The position numbers and the translations under genes were made by a program. From the NCBI GenBank assembly GCA_950097015.1, contig CATNEN010000034.1, forward strand, positions 4,402,001 to 4,466,000: a DNA stretch of 64,000 nucleotides, in the 5' to 3' direction. Positions within the stretch are counted from its first letter, which is position 1; each line of letters starts with the position of its first letter. Under the pieces are notes generated by a model, which was not told the origin of the DNA, searched no databases, and saw only the letters and a list, made by a program, of their open reading frames with translations. The stretch comes from Macrostomum hystrix. Lineage: Eukaryota; Animalia; Platyhelminthes. Below are positions 1 to 11,870 of the stretch, in pieces.

Positions 1-145
1 AGCCAATAAGATAGCTCGGATGAGCCTCAGCCAATAGCAATCGCTGACAGGCTGGGAGGGGTCCAGAACGGCTATAAATATAGGACACATTCCCCGGCCG
101 AAAGTAAATAGCTACCAGAAGTAGAGGAAAGACTTACACTAGACA
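1..145 (+). promoter_or_regulatory. CCAAT-CCAAT-TATA cluster antisense within the VPS45 intron, possibly the 3' part of an LTR
   Basis: CCAAT at 3-7 and 31-35, TATAAATA at 73-80, AGTAAA near 103 and a possible ...AGACA end at 145. Function not shown. Confidence 0.35.
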
Positions 146-194
146 AAAATTTATAAAGCGAATATTTTAAAATATGAATCCGCCCTTATCTCAC

Positions 195-809
195 CTGAAA
201 GTTAAACAAGCCCTCTTTTTCTCGTTCAACCAGACCGGCAAGTTGTTCGGCTAGTCGACGGGCATTAGGAGACGAATTCTGATAGCGAATAAATGGCAGC
301 CGCTTCAAGGACAGCAGCACTCCGGTTAGGCCCTCGGCGCAGCGCTGCAACGCGGCAGGCTGCCAGGCGAATCCGCGCACAGCTCGACGCTGATTGGCTG
401 TGAATAGCAGCGGACTCAAAGCCAGATAATCGGCGAATACCTCTTGAACTTCGCGCACGACTTCTTGCTCGTCGTGCTCTGCTAGGCTCTTTAGATCTTG
501 CCGACTAATAGCCTGACTAAAGAACAGGCAGTAGGAGCCGTACTTTGGATTGCGCAACTCGCCATGCAGCAGCTGCATATTGGCTTTAGTTGGTCGGATA
601 AATACCACAGCTTTGAGGTGTTTCATTGGTTGCCGGGGACTCTCTAGTCTTTCTAATAGGAACACTTCATGCTTGCTAATTTCGGACATTGTGTAGGCAA
701 CTGACAGTATCTCAATGGTCTCTTGGTCCATTAGTAGAATCTTCATGCCTTGGCCGCTAACCTGCAGCATAGTCTGGATATAATCTCGAATGGCTTTCAC
801 AACATCCAT
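195..809 (-). CDS. VPS45: Vacuolar protein sorting 45 (Sec1/Munc18 family), first coding exon; gene continues beyond window start
   Basis: Translation MDVVKAIRDYIQTMLQVSGQGMKILLMDQETIEILSVAY...HLKAVVFIRPT...NPKYGSYCLFFS matches the Vps45 N-terminus. ATG at 809; CAG|GTGAGA donor after 195; 615 bp, 205 codons. Confidence 0.93.
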
Positions 810-2160
810 GATCAATGTGATGAATGAAGTGCTGGGACTTGAAGCTGAAATCATTAGCAAATCAAAGTAAAAACGTTAACATTTATCATGACAAAACCTC
901 TTTTAATATTTTATATTTGATCCTTTTCTTTTGCCATAGACATTATTTAAGAATTTAACTGCATGCCATTGTTAGCAAAGAACTAAGTATATAAAACTTA
1001 TTCAGATAAGATCTTCATTCAATAATCATATTTTTGTTATAATAAAGAACAACTAATAAGTGCAAATGCAACATTATCACTGAACGGTTATGTCATTGAT
1101 GTGCAACATAAAACACAAAACTTTTGCAATGCAATTTTTTGTATAGTCATTGGTTTGCATGCTATAGCTGGTTTCACTAAAACTAAAATGTCTGTGGCAA
1201 AATAAATTGTGTAAAAATAGCTAATTTTCTAGTTGTTTTTTCACCTATATTCTTCAAGCCGACAAAGTAAACAACAAAGAATAGTATTTCTAGGAAAATT
1301 CTAGACAAATATGATTATATAATTGCAGCTGATGGAGACAGACAAAAAACAATACAAAGAAACAAATCAAATCAATACAAATTTGTCTAGCAAGAATCAA
1401 ACATTAGGTAAGGTGGCTTGCTTTGCTTATATGACACATTTACTTTATATAAGTAATTAGACTAGCAATTAAGTAGATCTTTAAAATCACAATCGGGAAA
1501 CAAAAAAGTAAAATAGCTACTTTTCTTAAAGATTGAGATATTGAGTTGCTCATCTGAATATCTGTACTATCTAAATTGAAAATAATATCTAGCAATAGGC
1601 CTTAGTGTATGAATAGGGACAATGCTCAAAAAACATGGCTGCCAAGCCCCTGAGTTATGAAATTATAGACATGGCTACTATGCTATTAAGCAAGTCACAA
1701 CAATTCTCTAATTTCACACAATAATATTTTACAAAAAATGATTATTTTCTTAGCTACTGCAAGTAATACTAAAACTTGCAAGAGTTCTGCATGGCTTGGC
1801 ACTGTCTATAGCCAACACCAAAGAGATAGAGATCATCTTCCAAACCATTTGGAACAATTACGAGGTCAAGGGATTATATTGTCAGCTAAAGCAGTCAAAA
1901 AAGTCAACATTGAATTTTATTTGATAAACAGTCCAAAGGAAAATTTTCAATTTGACAAATTTTCCATAAGATTATTTTCAATTTGATGAACATTCCCTTG
2001 CTACTCAAAATTGCTGACCACAACAATTTGACAAAAATGACAAAAATTCTAGGATCCATCGGCTCAATATAATGAATTTGATTGCTTGGTCAAAATTTTT
2101 ACCTTGAAGGCACTGCTTTCACTGGCCTTCATGGCATGGCAAAATTACCCAATTATTTAA

Positions 2161-3812
2161 GGTAGTTGTAATTTTTGGTGACCATACAATAGCTATTCAT
2201 AATATGGTCATTGTACTGACAAAAAAAGTTAGGCATAGTTCTAGTTTACTTTGTTATACTATTCTGCCTTTTATTAAATTATTTTACCATCTTTCTATCA
2301 ATTTCATCTTCTAGTCCTAAACAGGATAATAAACAGAGGCCCAGTACAGCATGGCACTGAAGGGGTTATGGTACATACAGCACCAGATGTACTCCTCAAG
2401 ATGGGCCTCAAAAAGCATGTTGCTTGTTCTGTGCATGGCGCCCAGGCGCCTCTTGGCCAGGGCCCAAGTCCTGTCCCAGGGACCCTTGATATGGTTTGTG
2501 TGCACTGTTGGGTCAGCTGGGTCCACGAAGAGTAGACGGTGGTTTACCACCACATGATTCTGTAACCCAAAATAGGTCAGTCAGCCGTCAGTGATGATTG
2601 GGTCCCTGGTAGCATGTGGTGTTTTGAAAATACATGAAATTATTATAACAATGTAAGAAAAAATAGAAATAATATTACAAAGTAAACTATAACTATGTAT
2701 GTCCAAAATTGATATTCATATGGTGACAATGTAATTGGAGTGATATGTTGTGAAACCATAAAAATAACAAAATGGCATTCAAACAGTGACCGTACACTAT
2801 ACACTTACAGGTCTTAAGAATTTTAGTTTAAATTTGCTTATGTAAATTGCTGAAATTTTAGCTTACAGCACCCACACAACACCTTTGGGAACATCCTTTG
2901 CTGGTTGCGCGCACTATTATGCCGTCTGAGCACACTACTAGGCCTATGACATCTGAGTAACATGCAATGCAATTGACTTATAGACACTGTCAGTCATCTG
3001 TTCATTGGTTGTTATACAAAACTGTCGTTAACAGTTGTTTTAAAAACAGTTTGAATTAAATGTGCGAAACTAGAAGATTGCCGATTTGCTTTCTATGTGA
3101 CACATTTTGCACACAAAAATTATTCTGGAAATGGAGGTGGTATAGTGGAGACAACAAATAATATATAATAATGGTAGTTGTTATTTGTCCGGTTAACCAC
3201 CCAAGGACTTAATTTCTCCCCTTTCAATGAGCAGGAGCAACGATCCTCCCAAAGACCACTCTTGCCCTGCTAATAGCCATCTTGAGTCTTGACCTCACAA
3301 AGACCAAACTATACCCTTGAACTAAGTTAGTCCCTGAAACAACCGAATTTCTGGAAAAGGTTTTAATTTTTTTAATTAGCTGATAAGCGAAAATAATTTG
3401 AGACACAAACTTCAAATCTGAATGACTGTCCTTTTGCAGCTTGTTAATTATTTCATCTTACAAATGATAGAGGTTCTCGTGGTAGCGCTACAACCCCTAC
3501 AACCTCGATTAACCGGACGAATAATCAAACGGCAATTTGTCCGGTTAACCGGACAAATAACAACTGCCTATAATAATTACCCTATAAATTCTAATGATGA
3601 TTGACGAATTGATTGCACACCACACAAAATTTTGTACTTTTGTACAATTTTGTACTGTATGTTTTGTTCACCATTGTAACTGTGTGAATATAATAATTTT
3701 ATTATTTGTATGTTCAACATGTGAATAACTAGGCCTATTCTATTTGTAGTCGCCATAGGCCTATGAATAGCGTTTCGCGATTTGTATGGTCACCGAACGA
3801 ATTACAACTAGG
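2161..3812 (-). mobile_element. Degenerate Merlin (IS1016/ISXO2-like) DNA transposon
   Basis: Imperfect TIRs ggtagttgtaatttttggtgaccatacaa (2161-2189) and ttgtatggtcaccgaacgaattacaactagg (3782-3812). Minus-strand remnant at about 2320-2610 reads IITDG*LTYFGLQNHVVVNHRLLFVDPADPTVHTNHIKGPW...HLEEYIW, matching the C-terminal half of ISXO2-like transposases (SD..VNH..FVDP..HTN.IE..W..YL.EF.W). No TSD recognised. Confidence 0.8.
3173..3568. mobile_element. MITE (396 bp) nested in the Merlin element
   Basis: 26-bp TIRs ggtagttgttatttgtccggttaacc and ggttaaccggacaaataacaactgcc (1 mismatch), with a perfect 9-bp TSD tataataat at 3164-3172 and 3569-3577. Confidence 0.88.
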
Positions 3813-6591
3813 TCTTAGGAACTGCAGTTATTTTACTACTGAAACAATCAATAATTTAGTAACAACCTAACAAGCTAATAAGTTACTGTCATTATAATGT
3901 ACTAATTAAAAAATATTTTAGCAATGTCTAGCCGTAGCCATCGTCTAGTAGGAAATAAAAACGAAAAAAAATAAAATAAAGCGTTTTTAAAACTGCGAAT
4001 TTTAAACGATTTTACTCGAAACGCTTTTACAATTTCCGAGAAAAGGCTTTAATGTAAGGCCCATTATAAGAAAAATAAGGTTGTTAGTGTACATCTTTAG
4101 ATTTTAGGATCTCTGAGTGTTGCTCAGAATGTTTTGGTTTGAAAAAAACGTCGCTAAAATTCGCTGTGAGATCTAAAAATAACATTTTTACTAAATGTGC
4201 ATTTTCACATTTTTTGTTTTACATTTACATACTACATTTTTTACATTTAAATAAGATGCGCAACGAGTTCTGCAGCTCATGTTCTTTGGCAGCAGGCTGT
4301 TAGGGTAACGAGGCGTGCGTTGTCATTTATTTTAAATATGCTATCAGACTGCGTACTTACATACCTACATGTATGCAGCGTATATAAATTTTGAATTTTA
4401 TAATATTTCGCTACTGTTTTTATTTCATACTCAGTATCTAGTCTGTAAAACTATTATTATAAATTTTTGCACTTACTTTCATATCTGAATTCAGATCTAA
4501 TGACATTTTGGGAGAAATAATTTATTTGGCTTTAGAGTGTTACACCATGTAATAACACATTTGGCCTATGCTATGTGTAAAGATGCCCCAAAAGTGTCTA
4601 TTTGGTACCCAAAACCAAAAAAATAAGCCTCCCAGAAACCCAAAACCAATTTTTTTAAAGCTGTGAACAAGACTGGGAAATAGGGATTATAGTTTAGGGT
4701 TAGTGTTAGTATTAGAAAGGGGCATAGAATTTATGTTCTAATTGGGGTCTCTGTTCATCTCAGCTCAGAGTATGAAGCAAACAGAAGCTTGTACTTGTAT
4801 CATTTTGAACAAGAGTTCAATTGGGAGAATTATTGGAAGGGTGAGTAAGTATGATTTATGATGTCATTGCTTTTTATGTTTTTGTTTTATGACTTATTGG
4901 TTGATGTAAAAATGGAATGAATGATGCTTTTGCTGTCACTACCAGCCCTATTCCACAGAAAAACTCATATGGTTTAGGGTAGGGGCTCTAGTGAGAAATT
5001 AAAAATACAAAATTCCATATTATTGGTTTTCTTGTGTTACAGATCTTGCTTGTTTGAGTTAAAAGACACCTCACTCATCAAAATTGGTCTTGAAGTAATA
5101 AAAAAGTTATAACAATTTTTTGATCAACATTTTAGTTGTTTTCATAATGTATTTTTCCCATAAAGGGCTATGATCTAGATGACAAGATAGATTTGGCTTG
5201 GAAAACAAAAATAATTGCAATAACTTTTTTATATTTTATTGGATTTTTTTAATTCCAAAAGCACATAGTTAATTTTTTGATGAATTGAATTGAATTGATG
5301 AATTGATAAACTCTTTTGACTTTAAAGAAGTGGCAATGCCATACCTATACCATAGCTTAACAAATAGACTACATAGACATCACTTTACTATTTACAGTCA
5401 ATTGCAAAAGCCATCTGAAATGCATAAAAGGGGTACATTAGAGAAACATGTTTCCAGGAGATTTCGCTAAAGGAAAATAAAAAGGTTTGAGTATATCATA
5501 TTCTACATAAAATTAAACCTAAAATTTTAATGGGATACACTTGGAAAACACTATTAACAATGGTCAAAACAAAAGATGAAACTTTCAAACAGAAAATTTA
5601 TTAAGAAAAAAATGTTTTAAACACATAATTACTTTTCTTTTATAGAATTTAATATTCTCTTTCTGAATATTTACTTTGTTTGACTCAGTATCAACCGCAT
5701 AACTTAACTTTTCAAAATCTACATGTTTGCTTTTTTGACTTTTTGATCATTAACTTCAGTTCCTAAGTACCTTTGACTAGGAAGGGTACATTGTCTTTTT
5801 TGCTTGCTGTAGTCTTTTTTATAGGCTTGTTTGTGGACTCAAAGACAATCAGTGGCAATGTTGTTCATAGTTTTTTTTGCATGGCAATGACTTGATGGAA
5901 TGTGCTAAGCAAGCTGAATTTGCAACTGAAAAGTATAATCACCTATCAGAGCATGTATTGCTTGCTGTTAGTTCTTGCAAGTGTAAAAGCTCTCAACCAT
6001 CACCTTCAGGCAGTCTTTTCCCAAAGCCTAGTCAAGAAACACACAGATTGACAACACTCATGTAGCCAGTCTTCTGTAATGAGCTTCACTGTGGCTGGAG
6101 TGCTAAATACTCTAATGTTCTAAAAAAGCTGACTGTTTCCAAGCATCTTAGGCTTGAAGTATGGGAAATAGCAAAACTTATTAACATTAGTTAAATAAAA
6201 TGTAAGAAACAAAAACGATAAAAAGCTCCCTAGCCAAATTAATGTGACCTTGATGCAAAATTGAGTCAAAAATGACTTTACTGGAAGAGGCAAATGCTGC
6301 GCCACTCCCCCCTGTAGCTATGTAGCTAATACCAATGCTCTGTTAATAGACATTGGACAGTTTTTAGCTAGTGGGTATAGGTAATTTAATTGTTTGTGGT
6401 TGTTCATGTTTCTATGCAACTCTGACTTCTCTTCTAGAAACTCATTTTAATCTAAGCCTAAATATCTATCGAGAAGGATAAAGAGTTGCAGGTAAAAGAA
6501 ATAAGGTATTGCTTTTCAAACTGAAGTTATTCAGGCATTATTTAAAAAATCTCCTGGATTTTCAGCAAATCAATCAACCAAAGCAGCAACA

Positions 6592-9500
6592 ATGCCCCAA
6601 TTTGCTGAGTACCTCAGTGCCGAGAAGCAGAAGGAGCTGCGGGATATTGCTAATGCCATTGTTTCACCTGGTCGCGGAATCCTAGCTGCCGATGAGAGCA
6701 CAGGTAGCTTTATCCCAAAATGATTTTCCTAACTAATAAATATTTCCTGATTGTTTTGTCACAATAAAAAAGGTGTGTCTTCAATGCTCGATGCACATAT
6801 GAGAGCAGTACTGGCATGCAATCAACATTTTGAAGAACTTTAGGTTTCATCGGCCCCCAATTCTAATTGACTGTTATCTTGGTTTATGCGCTATTTGTGC
6901 AGCGCAGCCTAGATAAGAAAACTGTTTTATAGTTGAGGTAGATAGACCACTTTAAGCTGGCTTCGCTAATCTTGTGAATGTGTTACTCTTGCCCTAGGCA
7001 ACCTCCAGGCCTTTTTCCTTAACCATGCTGTTTGTTATTGATCTGACACCAATAAAGTCTAGATTGTGCCTAGGGTCCTTAACTTGGACTGCAGTCAGTG
7101 ACTTCATTTTACAGTTTAATTAGCTAACTGAGTGCTAACCTGCCTCATGCATCTCGATCTATTTCTACTCTCAGATGCAACCAAAAATGAATATCAATGA
7201 GTACTTTTTTTAATTAAATTAAGGATTCTGAGACAAAGTTTGTCCAGACTAAAATATGACTCGTAATAACGCTGCAGCTGCTTCGCAATGGATTAATTTT
7301 ATTAACAAATCGCTATGGCATTAAGCTTTATTACTTAAGCCTTTATAAGGCCACAAGTTTAATGCATTTTTACTTAATATGCACTTTTGAAATAGAAATC
7401 TACGAGTAGTAGCGTCCTTCGACTTTGGTAGTTGTTGCACTTTAACAGTAGAACTACCAAGGGGGAATTCCCCCCTCACAATTATTTGTGCTGCACCCGA
7501 ATCGGGCAACGCAAGCACACGATTACTCAAGAACAAGGGCCAACTTTTTGTTGCCCATCTTCTGAAACAAGCATTAAGTCGCCATCTCTTTAGACCGTCG
7601 AAGATATTCAATTGTTCTGGCCGAAGTTCAGATTTTTTCCATAGGCGCTAGGTGTATTTCACATACCCCTATACAATAATTAGCACTGCGCCTCAGTGCG
7701 GCCTTGCCAGACCTTCAAAATTTATCAGCGTGTCACCCGAATGTGCCTGCATCATCTCCGTCTTCATTTGTCACCTTCCTTTTTCTTGAACGACTGCTCA
7801 ACATTCAAGGGCTACAACAGGTGGAACTAGGCCACAATGGACACCCTGTCGCGAATTTCTCTAATTTCACCGATCAAGCCTAAATATTGAGCGCAGCTCA
7901 ACCACAGTACACCCTCGCCTAGTCTGTCAACCAATCAGTCACCACCTAACGCTTTTAGCATTCAGGCGCTGCGAAAAAATTCTGGGGAAGGGAAATCCTT
8001 GCTTGGTATAAAAACGGGCGGCTTCCTAGTCCTACTGTAAAACTCCTAACCTGCCAGCCCCTGCCAGCTACTCAAAGTAATAAGAAGTGACTTGCATTCC
8101 TATAATTCGATAATGATTTAAAGGCACCTGCGGCAAGCGCTTTCAAGGCATCAATGTTGACAACACGGAGGAGAACAGGCGCCTCTATAGGCAGCTGCTG
8201 TTCTCAGGCGACAACGAGCTGGCTAATCACATCTCCGGTGTGATCCTGTACCACGAGACCTTCTACCAGAAGGCCGACGATGGAACCCCGCTGCCGCAGC
8301 TGCTGCAGCGCAAGGGTATCATTCCCGGCATCAAGGTTGACAAGGGCGTGGTACCCCTGGCCGGCTCGCTCGGCGAGTGCACTACCCAGGGACTGGACGG
8401 CCTGGCCGAGAGGTGCGCCCAGTACAAGAAGGACGGCGCCCAGTTTGCCAAGTGGCGCTGTGTGCTTAACATTGGCCAGCACACGCCCTCCTATCAAGCA
8501 ATGCTGGAGAATGCCAATGTGCTGGCCAGGTATGCGTCGATCTGTCAGCAGAATGGCCTAGTGCCGATTGTTGAGCCGGAGGTGCTTCAGGTAAGCTTTA
8601 GTGAAACTTTTAGGACCTAGTAGTAAGTTTATAAGTCATGTCATCTAGAAGATAATGATCTAGGTAAATGTCCACCTAACCCAGTTTCGAATTGACAGTC
8701 TGTTGTGCCAGTGCATCCAAGGACTGCCTATAGCTGTTCAGTCTACGGACTGGGGACCCAACTGATTTTGGTACCCATTTTAAACCTATTCGAACTGAAG
8801 CAATGTATGATTTAGCTGCTTTCTTGCTTAGGAACTCAAGTTAAGCATAGCTTCCTCTGGGCTAAGATTCGAACTCCAGACCTTTCGGTCATCTTGATCA
8901 GGATTGCGAAGTTCAGACCACTGAACATGGTTTGACATTCCCTTGTCCTTCCCATCAGATTGTACACATTTTGTCTTTAGAGCACTGTTATTTACAAACG
9001 TTTTTTATTACTGTGGCTTAAAACTGTCTAAGAGTATATCTAAATTGAAAGTGGAGCCCAGAGCTTAATTATGAATCAGTCGAAATGTGATGACCGGACT
9101 TTATTAAATATTTTGTAATTATCTTCTATTCCTTTTTTTCTGAGAAGTGACGGCTACATTTTGACGAAGGAGGAGTTTTGCATCACGCTGATTAGATCCC
9201 TATGTGTATTTTAACAAAACAGGACGGTGACCACGACCTGGCGACCGCCCAGAAGGCTACGGAGCTGGTGCTGGCCTTCACCTACAAGGCCCTGGCCGAT
9301 CATCACGTCTATCTCGAAGGCACCCTGCTCAAGCCTAACATGGTCACCTGCGGCCAGGCCTGTCCGACAAAGTACACGCCGCAGCAGGTGGCCGAAGCTA
9401 CCGTGACCGCCCTGAGCCGGACTGTTCCGGCCGCTGTGCCTGGCATTTGCTTCCTGAGCGGCGGCCAGAGCGAGGAGGACGCCACCATCCACCTGGACGC

Positions 9501-10816
9501 TATTAATCGTCAGCCGGGCAAAAAGCCGTGGGCTCTGACCTTCAGCTTTGGGCGCGCCCTGCAGGTAAGTTTCAGTCTTGCTTTTGCTAAGGAGAGCCTG
9601 AATAAGTATAACAAGAGATGAGGAGCTCATTTACTTTTCTAAAAAGACAATGTGAGTCTTGAGGTATCAGTCCTTAGTTCTTGCCTCTTTTCCTTTCAGT
9701 GGCTTAGAGAATCAGACTTTCCCTCCTTTAAAGAGGCTTAGAGGATCAGACTTTCCCTCCTTTAAAGAGGCTTAGAGGATCAGACTTTCCCTCCTTTAAA
9801 GAGACTTAGAGGATCAGGCTTTAATCCTTTAAGGAGGCTTAGAGGATCAGACTTTCCCTCCTTTAAAGAGGCTTAGAGGATCAGGCTTTCCCTCCTTTAA
9901 AGAGGCTTAGAGGATCAGACTTTCCCTCCTTTAAAGAGGCTTAGAGGATCAGGCTTTCCCTCCTTTAAAGAGACTTAGAGTTTCAGGGTTTGCCTCCTTT
10001 AAAGATACTTAGAGGATCAGGCTTTCCCTCCTTTAAAGAGGCTTAGAGTTTCAGGGTTTGCCTCCTTTAAAGAGGCTTGGAGGATCAGACTTTCCCTCCT
10101 TTAAAGAGACTTAGTGGATCAGGCTTTCCCTCCTTTAAAGAGGCTTAGAGTTTCAGGGTTTGCCTCCTTTAAAGAGGCTTAGAGGATCAGACTTTCCCTC
10201 CTTTAAAGAGGCTTAGAGGATCAGACTTTCCCTCCTTTAAAGAGGCTTAGAGGATCAGACTTTCCCTCCTTTAAAGAGACTTAGAGTTTCAGGGTTTGCC
10301 TCCTTTAAAGATACTTAGAGGATCAGGCTTTCCCTCCTTTAAAGAGGCTTAGAGGATCAGGCTTTCCCTCCTTTAAAGAGGCTTAGAGTTTCAGGGTTTG
10401 CCTCCTTTAAAGAGGCTTGGAGGATCAGACTTTCCCTCCTTTAAAGAGACTTAGTGGATCAGGCTTTCCCTCCTTTAAAGAGGCTTAGAGTTTCAGGGTT
10501 TGCCTCCTTTAAAGAGGCTTAGAGATTCAGGTGTACCACGGCTTGCTCGGCGAGGCTTTATAGGAGGCTTAGAAATCCGGGGTACTCATTTGCTGTGCAT
10601 TGTTTTTTACAAGCTGAGCTCACTATTTCAACATGACTCAAGGCCTCCGTGCTGGCAGCCTGGCGCGGCTCGCGTGACAACGAGAAGGCCGCCCAGGCGG
10701 AGCTGCTGAAGCGGGCGCGCGCCAACGGCCAGGCCGCTGTTGGCAAGTACGCTGGCGGCGCTTCGCACGGCGCTGCCGCACAGGACACTCTGTTCGTGGA
10801 GAAGCACCAGTACTGA
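6592..10816 (+). CDS. ALDO: Fructose-bisphosphate aldolase class I, 4 coding exons, 364 aa
   Basis: Exons 6592-6703, 8124-8590, 9223-9564 and 10643-10816 with GT-AG borders and matching phases. Motifs [33 protein letters not shown] (Schiff-base Lys), [16 protein letters not shown] and a C-terminal Tyr. Confidence 0.97.
7440..7780 (-). repeat. Dispersed repeat family, copy 1 (aldolase intron 1)
   Basis: Reverse complement aligns with 11640-11870 (ggagatgatgcaggcacatt, ctggcaaggccgcactgaggcgcag, aacaaaaagttggccc, gtgcagcacaaataattgt) and with 14340-14500. Confidence 0.8.
8690..8930 (-). mobile_element. tRNA-derived SINE, decayed (aldolase intron 2)
   Basis: On the minus strand: A-box-like TGTTCAGTGG (8927-8918), B-box-like AGTTCGAATC (8875-8866), then ttcctaagcaag...aaaatgggtacc...ccagtccgt, which shares motifs with the copy at 25541. 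Confidence 0.65.
9699..10530. repeat. 34-bp minisatellite, about 24 copies (aldolase intron 3)
   Basis: Unit gaggcttagaggatcagactttccctcctttaaa, variant gaggcttagagtttcagggtttgcctcctttaaa; head-to-tail with no spacers. Confidence 0.96.
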
Positions 10817-11095
10817 AGTTTGAATTAGCGGCAAATGTTTAACTGCCAGCTACTCTGACTGCAGTGTCAAAAGACGCTTTCAAGTTTAAAGCAAAAGTTT
10901 CTACACTTTCTACACTAGATACTACTTATTAGGTGAGGATCTATTAGTAGTCTGCCATGCAGCCATCTTATTTTATGCAACTGTAGCGTCAGCACTTGGT
11001 ACTAAAAAGCGGGTCCTTTGGCTTGCCTTATTACTTTTGCCTAATGTGTATACTATTTATATTTATTCCATTGATTTATTCTATTAACTTTTAGC

Positions 11096-11101
11096 AATAA
11101 A
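11096..11101 (+). terminator. Probable aldolase polyadenylation signal
   Basis: AATAAA about 280 bp after the stop codon, followed by T/GT-rich sequence. Confidence 0.55.
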
Positions 11102-11590
11102 ATACATTTTGGTGTTTTTTTAAATCCTACATCGCCTTTTTCGTAATGTTGTCTTGTGGATTTTTGGAATGACTTTTTACTCCTAATATTATATTGGTTC
11201 TTTTATACAGAACATCACTCTGTATGCGAAAATTAGAGATTATAATTATTGAAGACTATTTAGGGTTTCGGATTATAATTCAGTTATTGTTAGTTCGTAT
11301 AGAACACATTTTGACAAGGAGGTATTCAGTGCCTAAATATACAAACCTGTGGCGACTTCACTTTTCAATAGATTTTGATTGTCAACTTTTTGACTGAATA
11401 AAACAAAACCAGCTATTTGACTACCTACTGAAACAAAAACTTTTGTCTATCTTTTTGATACTCGAGAAAACTTATCATTTTGAGTCGATGTTAAAACAAA
11501 GGAAAAACCTCAAACAATGGACCAAAAGGCTTGAATTTGACGTCTTATTGTTTAAACTTTCCTCACTGTGATAGAACATTTCCTTATTAC

Positions 11591-11870
11591 TTCAGACCGT
11601 CGAAATATTCAGTCCAGTAGCTCCGGCTAGATAAAGGTCGGTGACCAGCGAAGTCGGAGATGATGCAGGCACATTGCTGACATGCTGATAAAGTTTGAAG
11701 GCCTGGCAAGGCCGCACTGAGGCGCAGATGAGATCCACTAGGTCTTGTGGGAAAAATCAGACCTTCCGTAAGAAACCGTTGAATATCTCGACGGTCTGAA
11801 GGGCTGGCGACAAAACAAAAAGTTGGCCCGTGCAGCACAAATAATTGTCAGGGAGGAACCCCTTGGTAAA
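11591..11870 (+). repeat. Dispersed repeat family, copy 2, with a 21-bp inverted repeat pair (MITE-like)
   Basis: ttcagaccgtcgaaatattca (11591-11611) and tgaatatctcgacggtctgaa (11780-11800) are near-perfect inverted repeats; body matches copies 1 and 3. Confidence 0.78.

Noticed and set aside
9699-10530. 34-bp repeat array as a CRISPR array
   Set aside because: Units are contiguous with no unique spacers, there are no cas genes, and it lies in a spliceosomal intron.
8204-10834. Antisense and alternative-frame ORFs over aldolase exons
   Set aside because: Expected shadows of strong GC3 codon bias; they coincide with exon extents and have no independent motifs.
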